Shown here piece after piece: positions 35,926 through 55,591 of a DNA stretch of 64,000 nt (position 1 is its first letter; each line of letters opens with the position of its first letter). The stretch lies in NCBI RefSeq assembly GCF_009914755.1, contig NC_060947.1; one strand, given 5' to 3'. Under the pieces are notes generated by a model. The model was not told the origin of the DNA. It saw nothing but the letters and a program-made list of their open reading frames with translations, and did no database searches. This DNA comes from the human T2T-CHM13v2.0 reference genome, Homo sapiens. Both the position numbers and the translations under genes were made by a program.

Positions 35926-38900
35926 TGGCCTATCAGAGAGCTCCAACAGCCCAGGCTCCACAGGTTGAGTGAGTGCTGCCAGCACAAATGTATTTATAGG
36001 TGTTTGTAATCCCGCTCCTGCTGGGCCATCACTCGTGCAATCGTGTGCATGAACAACGGTAACCTCGCCCCTTGTTTGTTGTTACTGGTGCGAATGGGCA
36101 CCAGCAACTCCACACCTACCATTCTGCCCCAAGTGCAAATGTGCACATGGGTGGCAGCAACTAGCCTCCTCTAGGGCCTCATATTTGCAGCCAGTGGCAT
36201 GAGTTCTAGCATGGACGATGTTAAACCCTACTCTTCCAGTGTCCCTCCCCATCTGACACATGTACACTCTTCCATGCTGTTGAGGCTACTGGCACGAGCA
36301 AGTGAGCCTGGATCCCACTGCCACCAACCCAATGAAATAGTATGGCTACCACCCCCTATTTGAAAACTGTGGGCAGCGTAACAGGAACACATCCGCCCCT
36401 CCAGTTCGGCATGTTTCTAACCTTGAGGGACCAGAGAACACAGCGTCCTTTCTTGACCCTGCTTCCCCAGAGTTAGAGCATGCAGCCCAGGAATCCTGAG
36501 GTGAGCCTTGGCCCCCTAAAATCTTCCAGAAATGAAGCCAGTCAACTGAACCCACTTTACACCTCAATCAAAACCCAAGGGCATTGAAGAAGATTAAAGA
36601 AAAACATCATACAAAGCACAGCATCTTCAAAGATGGAAAGAATATTAGTCCACATACATGAGAAAGAAGTATTGCAAGAACTCTGGCAGTTTGAAAAGCC
36701 ATAGTGTCTTCTAACTTCCAAAGGGCCACACTAGCTTTCTGGGAGAGGTTCTTAACCAGGCTGAGATGGGTTAAATGACACAGGGTAAAGAATATGGGTA
36801 TGAATGAAGATCATTGAGATTCAGGAGAAAGTTGAAACCTAATCTAAGGAATTTAAGGAACACAATAAAACAATACAGATGTTGAAAACTGAAATGGCCA
36901 TTTTAAAATCTGGTAGAGCTGAAAAGCACACTACATAATTACATAATGTAATTGGGAGTATTAACAGCATAGATGAAGCTAAGGAGAATCTCAGCTCTAA
37001 GACTATTTAGTTGAATTAGCTGTCAGACAAATATTTTAAAAAATTTAAAAACTAAACAAAATCTCTATGAAATATGGCATTCAAATCTATGAGTCACTGA
37101 CATTCCTGAAAGAGGCAAAGAAAGCAAGCAACTTTTTAGTTTATTGTCCATCAGTTTTTCTGCAACCTTGCTAGAGAGGCCAAAATTCAAATTCAGGAAA
37201 TTCTGAGAACACTGCAAAATACTGTCCCCCAGACAGTTATCAGATTGAAATGAAAGAAAATGTCCAAAACAACTATAGAGAAGGGCCGGGTAAACTACAA
37301 AGGGAAGCCCATCAGGCTAACGGCATACCTTTCAGCAGAATCCCTAGAAGCCAGAAGATATGGATACCTATATTCGGCGTTTTTAATATGAAGTGATTCC
37401 AACCAGTAATTTCATATTCAGCCAAATTAAGCTTTATAGGTGAAGGAGAAATAAGATCCTTTACAGGCAAGGAAGTGCCAAGGCATTTCATTACCACCAG
37501 ACCTGCCTTACCAGAGGTCCTTAACTGAGTGCTCAATATGAAAAGGAATGACCATTATTGGCCACCAAAAAAACACATTTAAGTACACAGACCACTGACA
37601 CTATAAACCAAATGCACAATTAACCAGCAACCAGCTAATAGTAATACAGAATCAAATATAAACATATCAGTGTTACGTTTGAAATTAAATAGACTACTGT
37701 CCTAATAAATGATAAAAAGAGGCAAGTTGGATAAAAAAGACCGAACTGTATGCTGTCTTCCTGAAACCCATTTCAGAAGTAATGGCACCCATTGACTCAA
37801 GGTAAAGGGATGGAGAAAATTCTACCAAGCAAACAGAAAAAAGGAGGAGGGACAGATTGCTATTCTAACTTCATAGAAAATAGACTTTAAAACAGCAATT
37901 GTCAATAAGGACAGAGAAAGATATAATCATGAAGAGTTCAACTCAACAAGAGCTAACTATATATGCACTGAACACAGGATCATGCGCGTTCATAAAAGAA
38001 GTTCCTACAGACCTATGAAGAGACTTAGATAAGCAGACAATAAGAGTGGGAAACTTCACTACCCCATTGACACTATTAGATCACTGAGGCTGAAAGCTAA
38101 GAGATATTTTAGTCCTGTACTTGACACTTGACCAAATGGACCTATCAGACATCCATATTAATGTCCACCCAAAACCACCAAGTACACATTCTTCTCATCT
38201 GCACATGGCACATACTCTATAGTTGACTACACAGTGGGCCATAAAACAATCCTCACCAAATTCAAATAACAGCAAAATCATACTAAACAGATCTTTGGAC
38301 CAGAGCACAATAAAAATAGAAATCAACACGAAGATTACTCAACACTATACAATTACATGGAAATTAAGCAACTTGATCCTTAATTATGTTGGCATAAATA
38401 ATGAAGTTAAAGCAGAAATGGACAAGTTCAATATCTCAATTTAACAAGCTAATATAACAAACAGAGGAATTAGAAAACGAGTACACTAATTCCAAAGCTA
38501 GCAGCAGACAAGAAATAACTAACCAGTTTTGAAATTGAATCAGTAATAAAAACCCTACCAACCCTACCTGGACCTGATGGATTTATGGCTGAATACAACC
38601 AGATATGTAAGAAAGAGCTGGTGAAATTCCTAGTTAAGCTATTCCAAAATATCAAGGAGGAAGGACTCCTCCCTTAATCATTTTATGAAGCCAGCATGAT
38701 CCTGATACCAAAACTTGGCAGAGACACAACACAAACTTGAGACAAATATCCTTGATGAACTTAAAAGGAAAAATTCTCAAGAAAATACCAGCAAACCTAA
38801 TCCACTTGCATATCAGAAAGCAAATTCCCCATGATTAAGGAGGCTATATTTGTGTGATGCAAGGTTGGTACAACATACAGAACTTACGAAAAAAATGTGA

Positions 38901-40790
38901 TTTATCACATAAGCAGAGCTAAAACCATGTTCATCTCTATAGATGCAGAAACTATTTATTTAACATTACTTCATGTTATGAACCCTCAACAAATTAGGCA
39001 TTGAAGAAACATATCTCAAAATAATGACCCATCTGTTACAAACTCACAGCCAACCTCATAATCAACTGGCAAAAGTTGGAAGCATTCCTTTTATGACCAG
39101 AGCAAGTCAAGGATGCTCAGTGTCACCACACCTATTCAACATACTACTGGAAGTTCTAGCTAGAGCAATCAGTTAATAGAAAAGGCATCCAAATAGGAAA
39201 AGAAGTAAAACTATCTCTGCAGACAACATGATTTTATACATAGAAAACCTCAAAGCCCCAAAGCTCCTAGATTAGATACAAAACTTCAACAAAGTTTCAG
39301 TATAAAAAGTCAGTCTGTAACTTAGCATTTCTATACAGCACCAACATCAAAGCTCAGAATTGAATCAGGAAGGCAAACCCATTCACAATAGCCACAAAAA
39401 GCATAAATCACCCAGGAACACATTTAACCAGGAAGGTGAAAGATCACTATAAGGAGAATTACAAAACACTACTGAAGGAAATCATAGATGACACAAATAG
39501 GAAGAAATGACATTGTTAAAATGGCCATAATCCCCAAAGCAATTTATACATTAATTGCTATTCAAACTACCAATGACATTCTTTGCAGAATTAATACAAC
39601 CTTTAAAAATTCATATGGAGTGAAAAAGTCCTAATAGCCAAGGCAATTCTAGACAAAAAACAAACTTGGAAGCATAACATTACCTGAATTTGAAAGTATT
39701 CTACAAGATTACAGTAACCATAACAGCATGGTACCGGTATAAAAGTAGACATGGAGGCCAATGGAGCAGAATATAGAACACAAAGCTGTACACCAACAGT
39801 CATCTGCTTCTCAACAAAGTTGACAAAACAAGCAATGAAGACAGGACTTCCTGTTCAATAAATGGTGCTGGCATAACTGACTACGTATATATTCAAGGTT
39901 GACACTGGACCGCTTCCTTACATTACATATAATGACTCAATATAGATTAAGGGCTTAAATGTAAAATATAATACCATAAAAATGCTAAAATATAACTTAG
40001 GAAATACCATGCTGAACATAGGTTCTGAAAAATATTTATGATGAAGACTCCAAATGCAATTACAGCAAAAACAAAAATTGACAAATAGAACCTAGTTAAA
40101 CTATAGAGATTCTGCACAGCAAGAGAATCTATCAATGGTGAACACAATGTACAGAATGGGAGAAATATCTGCAAATTATGCATCTGACAAAGTTCTAATA
40201 TCCAGAATTTATAAGCTACTTAAATTCATGGGGAGAAAACCACATTGAAAATATGAAAAAGTACATAGACATTTTTTCAAAGGAAGACATGCATACAGCT
40301 AGGAGTCATATGACAAAATGCTGAACATCACTAATCTATAGAGAAATGCTAATTAAAACCACAATGCAATTCTGTCTTACACCAACCAGAATGGCTGTTA
40401 CTAAAAAGTCAAAAATAGTACGTTGTCGAATCTACAGATAAAAGGGAATGCTTATGGATTGCTCGTTGAATTGTAAATTATTTCATCCATTGTGGATAGC
40501 AGCTTGGTGATTTTGCCAATAACAAGAACATCAAACAGAAATACCATTTGATGCAGGAATCCCATTATTGGTTTTATACCAAAAGGAGTATAGATTTTAG
40601 GACCATAAAGACACATGAATGTGCATGTCAATTGGAGCACTCTTCATAATAGTGAAGATATGAAGTGAAGCTTAACACCCACTGATGGCTGACCATATGA
40701 AGAAAACATACATGTACACCATGGTACACTACAACATCATAAAAAAGAATGAAATTATGTCCTTTGCACCAACATGGTTGAACTATTTTG
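35926..40790 (+). mobile_element. Near full-length L1PB/L1PA16-like element with internal deletions and missing 3' end
   Basis: GC-richer 5'UTR 35926-36600; ORF1-like sequence to ~37560; EN-, RT- and C-terminal-like ORF2 sequence to ~40780. Confidence 0.75.
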
Positions 40791-40799
40791 AAAATACGT

Positions 40800-42020
<1,221 letters not shown>

Positions 42021-42089
42021 CATATGTGATTTTTATAAACAAGTGAACTAGTTAGGGGTAGATAAATCTAAAATAAAAACAAGCATAAA

Positions 42090-45000
42090 TCTATATATAA
42101 CAAGTCTACAGCTAATATAATGAACAATTGAAATTCCTTCCTCTAATATCTGGAACAGGATAGGATGCCCACTTTCACCACTTTTATTCCATATAACATT
42201 CTATCCAGAGCTATTAGGCAAGTGAAAGAAATAATGGGCATCCAAATGAAGAGAAGTTAAATAATATTGCTGCAGGATTCTAAGGAGCAATACAGAAATT
42301 TTTAGCATTTACATTTGCCAACAGTGAAAAATCTGAAAAAGAACTCAAGAAAGCAATCTCATTTGGAATCTCTACAAAAAAATCAAATAGTCAAACTTTG
42401 AAGTCATGAAACATCCCTACAAGGTATTGAGGGAACCGGCCCCCAATATTTCAATGTAGGTTCTTTTCTATTTTTCCTAAGTGTTGGCCGGTCTGAGAAA
42501 TAAAGGGTAAGAGTACAAAAGAGAGAAATTTTAAAGCTGGGTGTCTGGGGAAGACATCACATGTCAGCAGGTTCTGTGATGCCCCGAGCCACAAAACCAG
42601 CAAGTTTTTATTAGCGATTTTCAAAGGGGAGAGAGTGTACGAATAGGGTGTGGATCACAGAGATCACATGCTTCAAAGGCAATAAAATATCACAAGGCAA
42701 ATGGGCAGGGCAAGGTCACAAGGCCAGGGTGAAACTAGAATTGCTGATGAAGTTTCATGTCCCACTGTGCATGCATTGTCATTGATAAACATCTTAACAG
42801 GAAACAGAGTTCAAGAGCAGAGAACCAGTCTGACTAGAATTTGCCAGGCTGGAATTTCCTAATCCTAGCAAGCCTGGGGGTGCTGCAGGAGACCAGGGCA
42901 TGTTTCATCCCCATCTACAACTGCATAAGGCAGACACTCCCAGAGCGGCCATTTTAGAGGCCTCCCCCTGGGAATGCATTCTTTTCCCAGGGCTGTTAAT
43001 TATTAATATTCCTTACTGGGGAAAGAATTCAGCGATATTTCTCTTACCCATTTTCGGCAATAAGAGAAATATGACTCTGTCCTGCCTGGCTCCCAGGCAG
43101 TCAAACCTAATGGTTATCTCCCTTGTTCCCCGAACATCGCTGTTATCCTGTCCTTTTTTTCAAGGTGCCCAGATTTCATGTTGTTCAAACACACATGCTT
43201 TACAAACAACGTGTGCAGTTAACACAATCATCACAGGGTCCTGAGGCGACATACATCCTCAGCTTACGAAGACAACAGGATTAAGAGATTAAAGACAGGC
43301 ATAGGAGATTATAAGAGTATTGATTGGGGAAGTGATAAATGTCCATGAAATCTTCACAATTTATATTTAGAGATTGCAGTAAAGACAGGCGTAAGAAATT
43401 ATAAAAGTATTAATTTGGGAACAAACAAATGTCCATGAAATCTTTACAATTTATGTTCTTCTGCCATGGCTTCAGCAGGTCCCTCCATTTGGGGTCCCTG
43501 ACTTCCCGCAACAAAAAGGAAAACATTGATAATGGAAACTGAATAGGACACAATGAAATGGGAAATTATTCATAATTAAAATATCATTACTGCCTAAAGC
43601 AGTCTGCAGATTCATTCTTTTTGTATCAAAAATCAATGATATTCCTCATAGAAATAGAAAAAGAATTCATAAAATTCATGAGACCACAGGAGATACTGAG
43701 TATCAAAAGTAATCCTGAGGAAAAGCAAAGATGAAGACATCATACTACTTCAAAAGATACTACAATGTCATTGTAAACACAATGTGATGATATTGGCATG
43801 ATATACACGTAGATCAGTGGGATGAAATCAAGAACCCAGTGATAAATACAGACATTTACAAAAAATTCATTTTTAAAAATCACCATAAATATATGTTGTG
43901 GAAAGGATAGTGCTTTCAATGAAAGTTGCTGGGAAAACTTGGTAATCATATGCAGAAGAATGAATCTTACCATATGTAAAAATAAAATTAATATGGGTTA
44001 AGTGCTTATGTCTGAAACTATAAAAAGTGGTAGATAAAATCTTTGTATAAATGCTTCTGGATATTTGTCTAGGCAAAGATATTTTGGTAAGCTCTGAAAA
44101 GCAGAGGCAACAAAAGCAAAAATAGACATAAGTTCATACATCTAGCTAAAATGCTTTTGCACAATAGAGGTAACAAAATAGTGAAACCAAAATTATAATG
44201 GGAAAAAACCTGATAACTATGTTTTTTACAGCGATGAGAATATATATTCATATCATCAGAAGGCAAGCAAATAATCTGATTTTAAAGGATAGATTAAAAG
44301 AAGGCATAAGTTGCCAACAGGTATATGTAAAATTTTTCATCATCACTAATCATCATGGAAGTGCAATTTCAAGCCACAATGGAATGTTGTGCAATTAAAA
44401 CAAATATCTAAAAGACAACAGATGGTGTTGAGCATGCATACAATTGGTTATGCTCATGTACTGTTTCTGAGAATGTAAATTTGTATAGCCATTCTTGAAA
44501 ACAGTATTGTGTTGTCTCATAAAACAAATGATGTAACCACTATACTGTGTCAATTCCACTACTCAGTATTTATCACAATGAAAGGTATCAGTATATTAGG
44601 AGGATATTTTCATCCATCTCCTTATTGCAGCTCTATTCACAATAGCTTTTGAATTAACCTGAAAGTTCATCAAGGGATGCATGGAAAATGGCAATATTAT
44701 ATATATGCACTATTGAAAATTGTTAATTAAAAGGAACAAAATCATATCACTTTCAGTAATATGACTGGAATTGGAGGTCATTATGGTAAGTGAAAGAAGC
44801 CAAGCACAAAAAAATAAACACTGCGTGTTCTCATGTATATGTTAAAATATAAAATAGTTGATCTGCTTGGTGCGCAGAGTTGATTGCTGGTTACTGAATG
44901 ATCTTCTATTCAAGGGGGGAAGACAACAATTTTGACTAATGAGTACAAAAACAAGTAGAATAAATAAGTCCTAATATTTGATAGTACAGTAAGGTGACAA

Positions 45001-45192
45001 CAGTAAACAGTATTTCATGTTATTGTTTAAGGTTGCTGAAATAATAGAGGAATTATAATGTTCCTAACATAAAAAGAGACTAATGTTTGGGGTGATGCAT
45101 GTTTCAACTACCCTAGTTCAATTACTACTGACTGTATTCATGTATCAAAATACCACATGTACCCTCTAAAATGTACAACTTTTATGTATCCA
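42090..45192 (+). mobile_element. Old L1MA ORF2 3' half and 3'UTR (hosts a MER11)
   Basis: RT-region sequence, C-terminal region and 3' end 'cacatgtaccctctaaaatgtacaacttttatgtatc'. Confidence 0.75.
42425..43513 (-). mobile_element. MER11 solo LTR (HERV-K11/HML-8), a different variant from 22296-23364
   Basis: Same termini (…gacttcccgcaaca); ~1.09 kb; 6-bp TSD acaagg / aaaagg (1 mismatch). Confidence 0.93.
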
Positions 45193-46980
45193 GGTGAATA
45201 TTCAAAATTCAGAGATTAGTGTGAAAATGTTACCGCTTATTTTTCCATCAAAATTGTTATTAAAATAGCTTATCAGGTGTTTTTGTTGTCTCATGGAACC
45301 ACCAAATATCTATAGTAGATACACAAAAAATAAAAAGTAAGACATTTTACAACACCACAAGATTAAAAAATAATTACAAGATAGTGGGAGAATAAAAAAA
45401 TGAAGGAAGGATCTAGTAATAAACAAGAAAGCAATTTACAAACATTTCTTTAAATATTAACAATATTTTGAATCTAAATGGAATAAATTCTTCATTAAAA
45501 ATAGAGTAGCAGAATGGATATTATAAAATACTGCCTATAAGACACTCACTTCACTTGTAAGGACACATGGACTGAAAGTAATGGGATGAAAAACTATTGT
45601 ATAGAAATCGAAAGCAAACGAGTATCAGTAGCTAAACTTATTCCATCAAACTATACATGAAGCCAGAAACCATAAAATTTGGGAAATAAGTTTATTACAT
45701 AATGGTAAAAGGGGTTAATTCAGCAAGAGGTTATAGTAATTGTAAATACATATATACCCAAAACAGAAGTGCTCAATCATATAAAACAAATATAATAACT
45801 TCTGAGTGGACAGATAGATTGCCATACAATAATAATAGGGGACTTAAGTACTGAAGTTTCAGCAATGGGCAGATCATCTGGATCTGACTTACACTACATC
45901 TGGCTTACACTACACTTTATGCCAAATAAAGCAAACTGACGTATACAGAATACTTCGTCTAACAGCGGCACAATCTACATTCTTCTCTGCAGAAGATGGA
46001 TCTTTGCGTAGGCCTTATGTTACGAATCAAGACTAGTTTTACATTTAATAATACAGAAATTATACCACATTTTTAAGCACATTGCATGAACCTAGGAACT
46101 ATTAGTAGAATGAACATTAGAATGTTCACAAACACATAGAAATTAAACAATATGCTTTTGAATAATGAATGGGTGAATCATTAAATCCAAATGGAAGTTA
46201 AAAAATATTTTGACAAATGAAAGATGAAACACAAAACACCAATATTTGTGATACCAGAAAAGTACTTAAAAAATAACCTTATGTTACACCTGAAGCAACT
46301 ATTAATATAATGGGAAGAACAAACAGTCCAAATTTTACAGAAGGAAGCATATAATAAAGAGCAGCGTAGAATAAATGAAAAAATTTGTACTCATACAACG
46401 TACGCAAATCCAGTCATGAGAAAGAATATCTGAAGAGACCAATAACAAGTAAATTGTATCCATAATAAAAATCTCCTATCAAATATATGCCCATAGTGCT
46501 TCACTGGTAATTTCTGTCAAACCTAATTCCACTTTATATTAAGAGGATTACTTGCCATGTTCAAATGGGATTTGTCCCTCTGAGGCAAGGATGTTTTAAA
46601 TAGTCTTATAAAGGAGGAGGGACACCGCCATTTGATCATCTCAATAGATTTAAAAATAAAACAGTTTTATAGAATTTGATATAATAAAAGCTGTCAACCA
46701 ATTAGGCATAGAAGGAATGTATCTTTATACCATATAGGCAGTAAATGAAATACCCACAACTAACATCATAATCAATGAAGAAAACATGAAATATTTTCTT
46801 CGGAGGTAAAGAAGCCAATTATGCCCACTCTCAGCACCTCATTCAACCTAGTTCGGGATGTTCTAGCCAGTACAGTTAGGCAAGAGAAGGAAATTAAAGG
46901 CATTCAGATCGGAAAAGAGGGAGGCAAACTGGGTCTGTGTGGAGATGACCTGAACTTATGTGTAGAAAATACACTCTCCT

Positions 46981-47344
<364 letters not shown>

Positions 47345-48265
47345 TCAGTAAAATTGCATAATACAAAACAGCCATACAAAAACCTGTAGCATTTCTATAT
47401 CCCACCAGTGGGTAATTTCAAAAAGAAAACAAGAAATGAGTCTCATTGACAATAGCTTACAAAAGTACCGAGGAAGAGATCTGAACAAGCCAAAGATTTC
47501 TGTAATGAAAACTCTTTAAAAAATAATTCATTTTGTAATAAAAGCATTGAAGGAAGAAATTGACGACACAAATGAGTAGAAATATATTTTATATTTATGT
47601 GTTAGAATAATTTATATCTTAAAATATATATACTACTCAAAGCAATCTATTGATCTGTGCATCCCTATTAAATTTCTGATGTTATGTTAGTTTTGTCTAT
47701 AAACAGAAGAAAATAATTCTGAAATTGTATGGAGCAACAAAAATCTTAAATGAAAAAATATTAAAGAAAATGAGGAGATCCAGGGTAATTGAAGTATCTG
47801 GCTTTAATATAGACTACAAAATTATAGTAACCAGAACAGCATTGTCTGGCATAAGACAGACACAGACACAACTGGAACAGAGTAGAAAGGAAATAAACTA
47901 AAGCTCCTAAACATAACTGATTCTTCACAAAGTTGCCAGGAGCACACTTCAGGGAAAATAAAACATTTACCGTGTAAATGGTACTGGGAAAATTTGATAA
48001 TTACATGCAAAAGAATTAGATTAGAAGTCTACATCTAAAAATACACAAAAATTAACTCCCAATTGAATAAAGAATTAAATGTAAAATTGGAAACTATGAA
48101 ACTTCTTGAAGAAAATGGGGGAAATGATTCATGATATTTTGCTGGGCAAGGATTTAGAAATGAGACCTGAACTTTTCAGGGAATAAAAGGAAAAATAACC
48201 AAATGAGAGTATATCAAAGTTTAAAGCTTTTGCACAGCGAAAGAGTATTAAAAGAGTGAGGAGTC

Positions 48266-48282
48266 ATCGCTTCTCGGCCTTT
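48266..48282 (+). pseudogene. RNU2: U2 snRNA 5'-terminal 17 nt fused to the 5' junction of an L1 (U2/L1 chimera)
   Basis: atcgcttctcggccttt equals U2 nt 1-17 and lies exactly between the left TSD and the L1 truncation point. Confidence 0.85.
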
Positions 48283-48870
48283 GTGGAAGTCAGTGTGGCA
48301 ATTCCTCAGGGATCTAGAACTAGAAATACCATTTGACCCAGCCATCCCATTACTGGGTATATACCCAAAGGACTATAAATCATGCTGCTATAAAGATACA
48401 TGCACATGTATGTTTATTGTGGCACTATTCACAATAGCAAAGACTTGGAACCAACCCAAATGTCCAACAATGATAGACTGGATTAAGAAAATGTGGCATA
48501 TATACACCATGGAATACTATGCAGCCATAAAAAAGGATGAGTTCATGTCCTTTGTAGGGACATGGATGAAATTGGAAATCATCATTCTCAGTAAACTATC
48601 GCAAGGACAAAAAACCAAACACTGCATGTTCTCACTCATAGGTGGGAATTGAACAATGAGAACACATGGACACAGGAAGGGGAACATCACACTCTGGGGA
48701 CTGTTGTGGGGTGGGGGGAGGGGGGAGGGATAGCATTGGGAGGTATACCTAATGCTAAATGACGAGTTAATGGGCGCAGCACACCAGCATGGCACATGTA
48801 TACATATGTAACTAACCTGCACATTGTGCACATGTACCCTAAAACTTAAAGTATAATAATAATAAAAAAT
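48281..48870 (+). mobile_element. 5'-truncated young L1PA (PA2/PA3-like): ORF2 C-terminus plus 3'UTR
   Basis: ORF 48281-48652 matches ORF2p C-terminus (…FSLIGGN); G-rich 3'UTR, A tail; TSD aaaagagtgaggagtca at 48250-48266 and 48871-48887. Confidence 0.97.
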
Positions 48871-48967
48871 AAAAGAGTGAGGAGTCAATTTACAGTATTG
48901 GAGAAAATATTTGCAAACAGTATATGTGACAAAGAGTTAAGAAGATATAACCAACGTAATTCAATAG

Positions 48968-49384
<417 letters not shown>

Positions 49385-49834
49385 CCTGTAATTTGCAATA
49401 ACATGAATAAATTTTGAAGACAGCATTTTAACTGTAATAAGCTAGATACTGAATGACTAATGCTGTATTATCTTACTCAAATGGATACTAAGAAAATAAA
49501 AATTTGATATCCTAAGGTCAGAGAGTAGAACTGTGGTTACAATAGACAGGGGAGGGGCCTTTGATTTGGCCATTAGGTACAAAGTGACAATTAGAGAAGA
49601 CTAGTAAATTATTCTGTTCTTTCACACACTATCATGACTATGGTTAAATGTAAAATACTGTATATTTCAAAAGAGTTAGAATAGACACTTTTCAATGTTT
49701 TCACCACTAAGAAATGATAACTGCATGTGATTGGATTAATATGCAACCTAAATACATACGAAAACATCACACTAAATTCAATAAATATATGCAATTATAA
49801 TTTTGAGATAATGAAAAAGAAAAATTAAAAAATT

Positions 49835-50720
49835 ATGACAAGCAGAGGCCAATATCTATGATGAACATAGACACACAAATGCTCTACAACAAACTAGCAA
49901 CCTGAATTCAACACTGCATTAAACATTTTATTTTTCATAATCAAGCGGTATTCATCCCAGTGATGCAAAAATGATTGTATATATGGAAATTAATGTTATG
50001 CATTACACTAAGAGAACAAAGGATTAAAACCATATGATCATCTCAGTCAATATCATAAAAGCATTTGAGAATATTTATAATTTTTTCATGGTAACAACTC
50101 AAACATTTAGGCAAAGAATTGGGTCTCCCTATTCCCTGAGACAGAACCACACTGAAAATAGGACAAACAGTAACCCTGAAATGGCCTCTAACAATGATTG
50201 AACTTAGTGAGGAAGGAATGTTGAAGGCTGAGTGGCTGAAATCTAGGCCACTAGTGCAATAAATCCCATGATTTTAAAACCTAGAGCTAACATGTTATTC
50301 AGAGGGGAAAACATAAAAGCTTTTCCTCAAATAAAAAACACATCACAAATGCCCAATCTCATCACTTGCATTCAACATAGTACTGGAAGTTTTCACCACA
50401 GCAATAAGGCAAGAAAATAAAAAGCATTTAACTTGGAAAGAGTTATTATTTATTTATTTATTTATTTTTTAAACATGACATGATCATATGTACAGAAAAC
50501 TCTTAAGAATTTCACCAAAAACAAGTCTACAAAAGGAATTAAATATCACTGGAGGAGACAAATGCAACAAAAACAAATTAGTAATATTTCTATAATGAAA
50601 CAGCAAGCTATCTGACACAAATCAAGAAAACAATCCCATTTACAATATCTAACAAAAAATAAAATATTTAGAATTAAATTACCCAAGGAATTTTAATGCC
50701 TACACACCAAATATTAAAAA
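49835..50720 (+). mobile_element. Old L1M ORF2 RT-region fragment
   Basis: 'aggccaatatctatgatgaacatagac', 'ttcaacatagtactggaagtt'. Confidence 0.75.
50121..50262 (+). mobile_element. Short internally deleted Tigger1 piece embedded in L1
   Basis: ctccctattccctgagacag…gaaatggcctcta…atgattgaacttagtgaggaagg. Confidence 0.8.
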
Positions 50721-50723
50721 TTT

Positions 50724-51456
50724 TTACTTTTATTGCATGTGGCTTTATTATGTTTCTCAGATATCATGGTGGGTTTTTTTTTTAAACCCACCCATGTGGC
50801 AACCCTCCATCCAGCAAGTCAGTTGGTGCCATTTTTTCCAGCAGCATTGTGTTGACTTTGTGTCTCTATACCACATTTTGTTAATTTTCCACTTTTCTTT
50901 ATCATTGTTAGGTATAGTAAGTGAACTTTCTTCAGAATTCTTATTACCATTTTTATTATGATATTGAACTATGAATCTCACTTAGGTAAAATCATGAACT
51001 TAATCAGCAAATGTGTTCTGACTGCTTTTCTGATGAGTTGTTACCTCATCTTCTTTCTCCACCTAGGGCCTCCCTATTGCCTGAGACAGAAACATACTGA
51101 ATATAGGAGACACAGTAATCCTGAAATGGCCTCTAGTTGTTTAAGTGGTAGGAAGACTTGCACTTTCTTCACCTTATATCAAAATCTCAAAATGATTAAA
51201 CTTAGTGAGGAAGGCACATGGCAGGCTGAGTGGCTGAAGTCTAGGCCTCTTGCACCAAATAGCAAAGTTGTGGAAGCAAAGGAAAAGTTCTTGAAAAAAA
51301 TTAAAAGTGTTACTTCACTAAACACATATATATTGAGAAAGCCAAACAGCCTTATTGCTGATATGGAGAACATTTTAGTGATTCATATAGAATATCAAAC
51401 AAGTTATAACATACCATCAAGCCAACGCCTAATCCAGAGCAAGGCCCTATGTCTTT
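50724..51456 (+). mobile_element. Tigger1 (pogo-type DNA transposon) 5' ~730 bp including the transposase N-terminus, truncated
   Basis: Translates to MASS…GRK…TL.Q.LKMIKLSEEG…AKEKFLKKIKS…RK.NSLIADME…LIQSKAL (CENP-B-type HTH region of Tigger1 transposase). Confidence 0.92.
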
Positions 51457-51704
51457 TCAATTATCTGGAAATGGAGTGCCGGTGGATTTTTTTTCTTTAT
51501 TGTTATACTTTAAGTTCTAGGGTACATGTGCACAACATGCAGGTTTGTTACATATGTATACATGTGCCATGTTGGTGTGCTGCACCCATTAACTCGTCAT
51601 TTACATTAGGTATATCTCCTAATGCTATCTCTCCCCCTCCCCCCACCCCACAACAGGCCCCAGTGTGTGATGTTCCCCTTCCTGTGTCCATGTGTTCTCA
51701 TTGT

Positions 51705-55528
<3,824 letters not shown>

Positions 55529-55591
55529 TATGATGTTAACTGGTTATTTTGCTCGTTAGTTGATGCAGTTTCTTCCTAGCCTCGATGGTCT

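Noticed and set aside
45882-45913. 16-bp tandem duplication atctg(a/g)cttacactac
   Set aside because: An ordinary slippage duplication in a decayed L1
48696-48729. G-quadruplex-like G-runs
   Set aside because: A standard feature of young L1 3'UTRs
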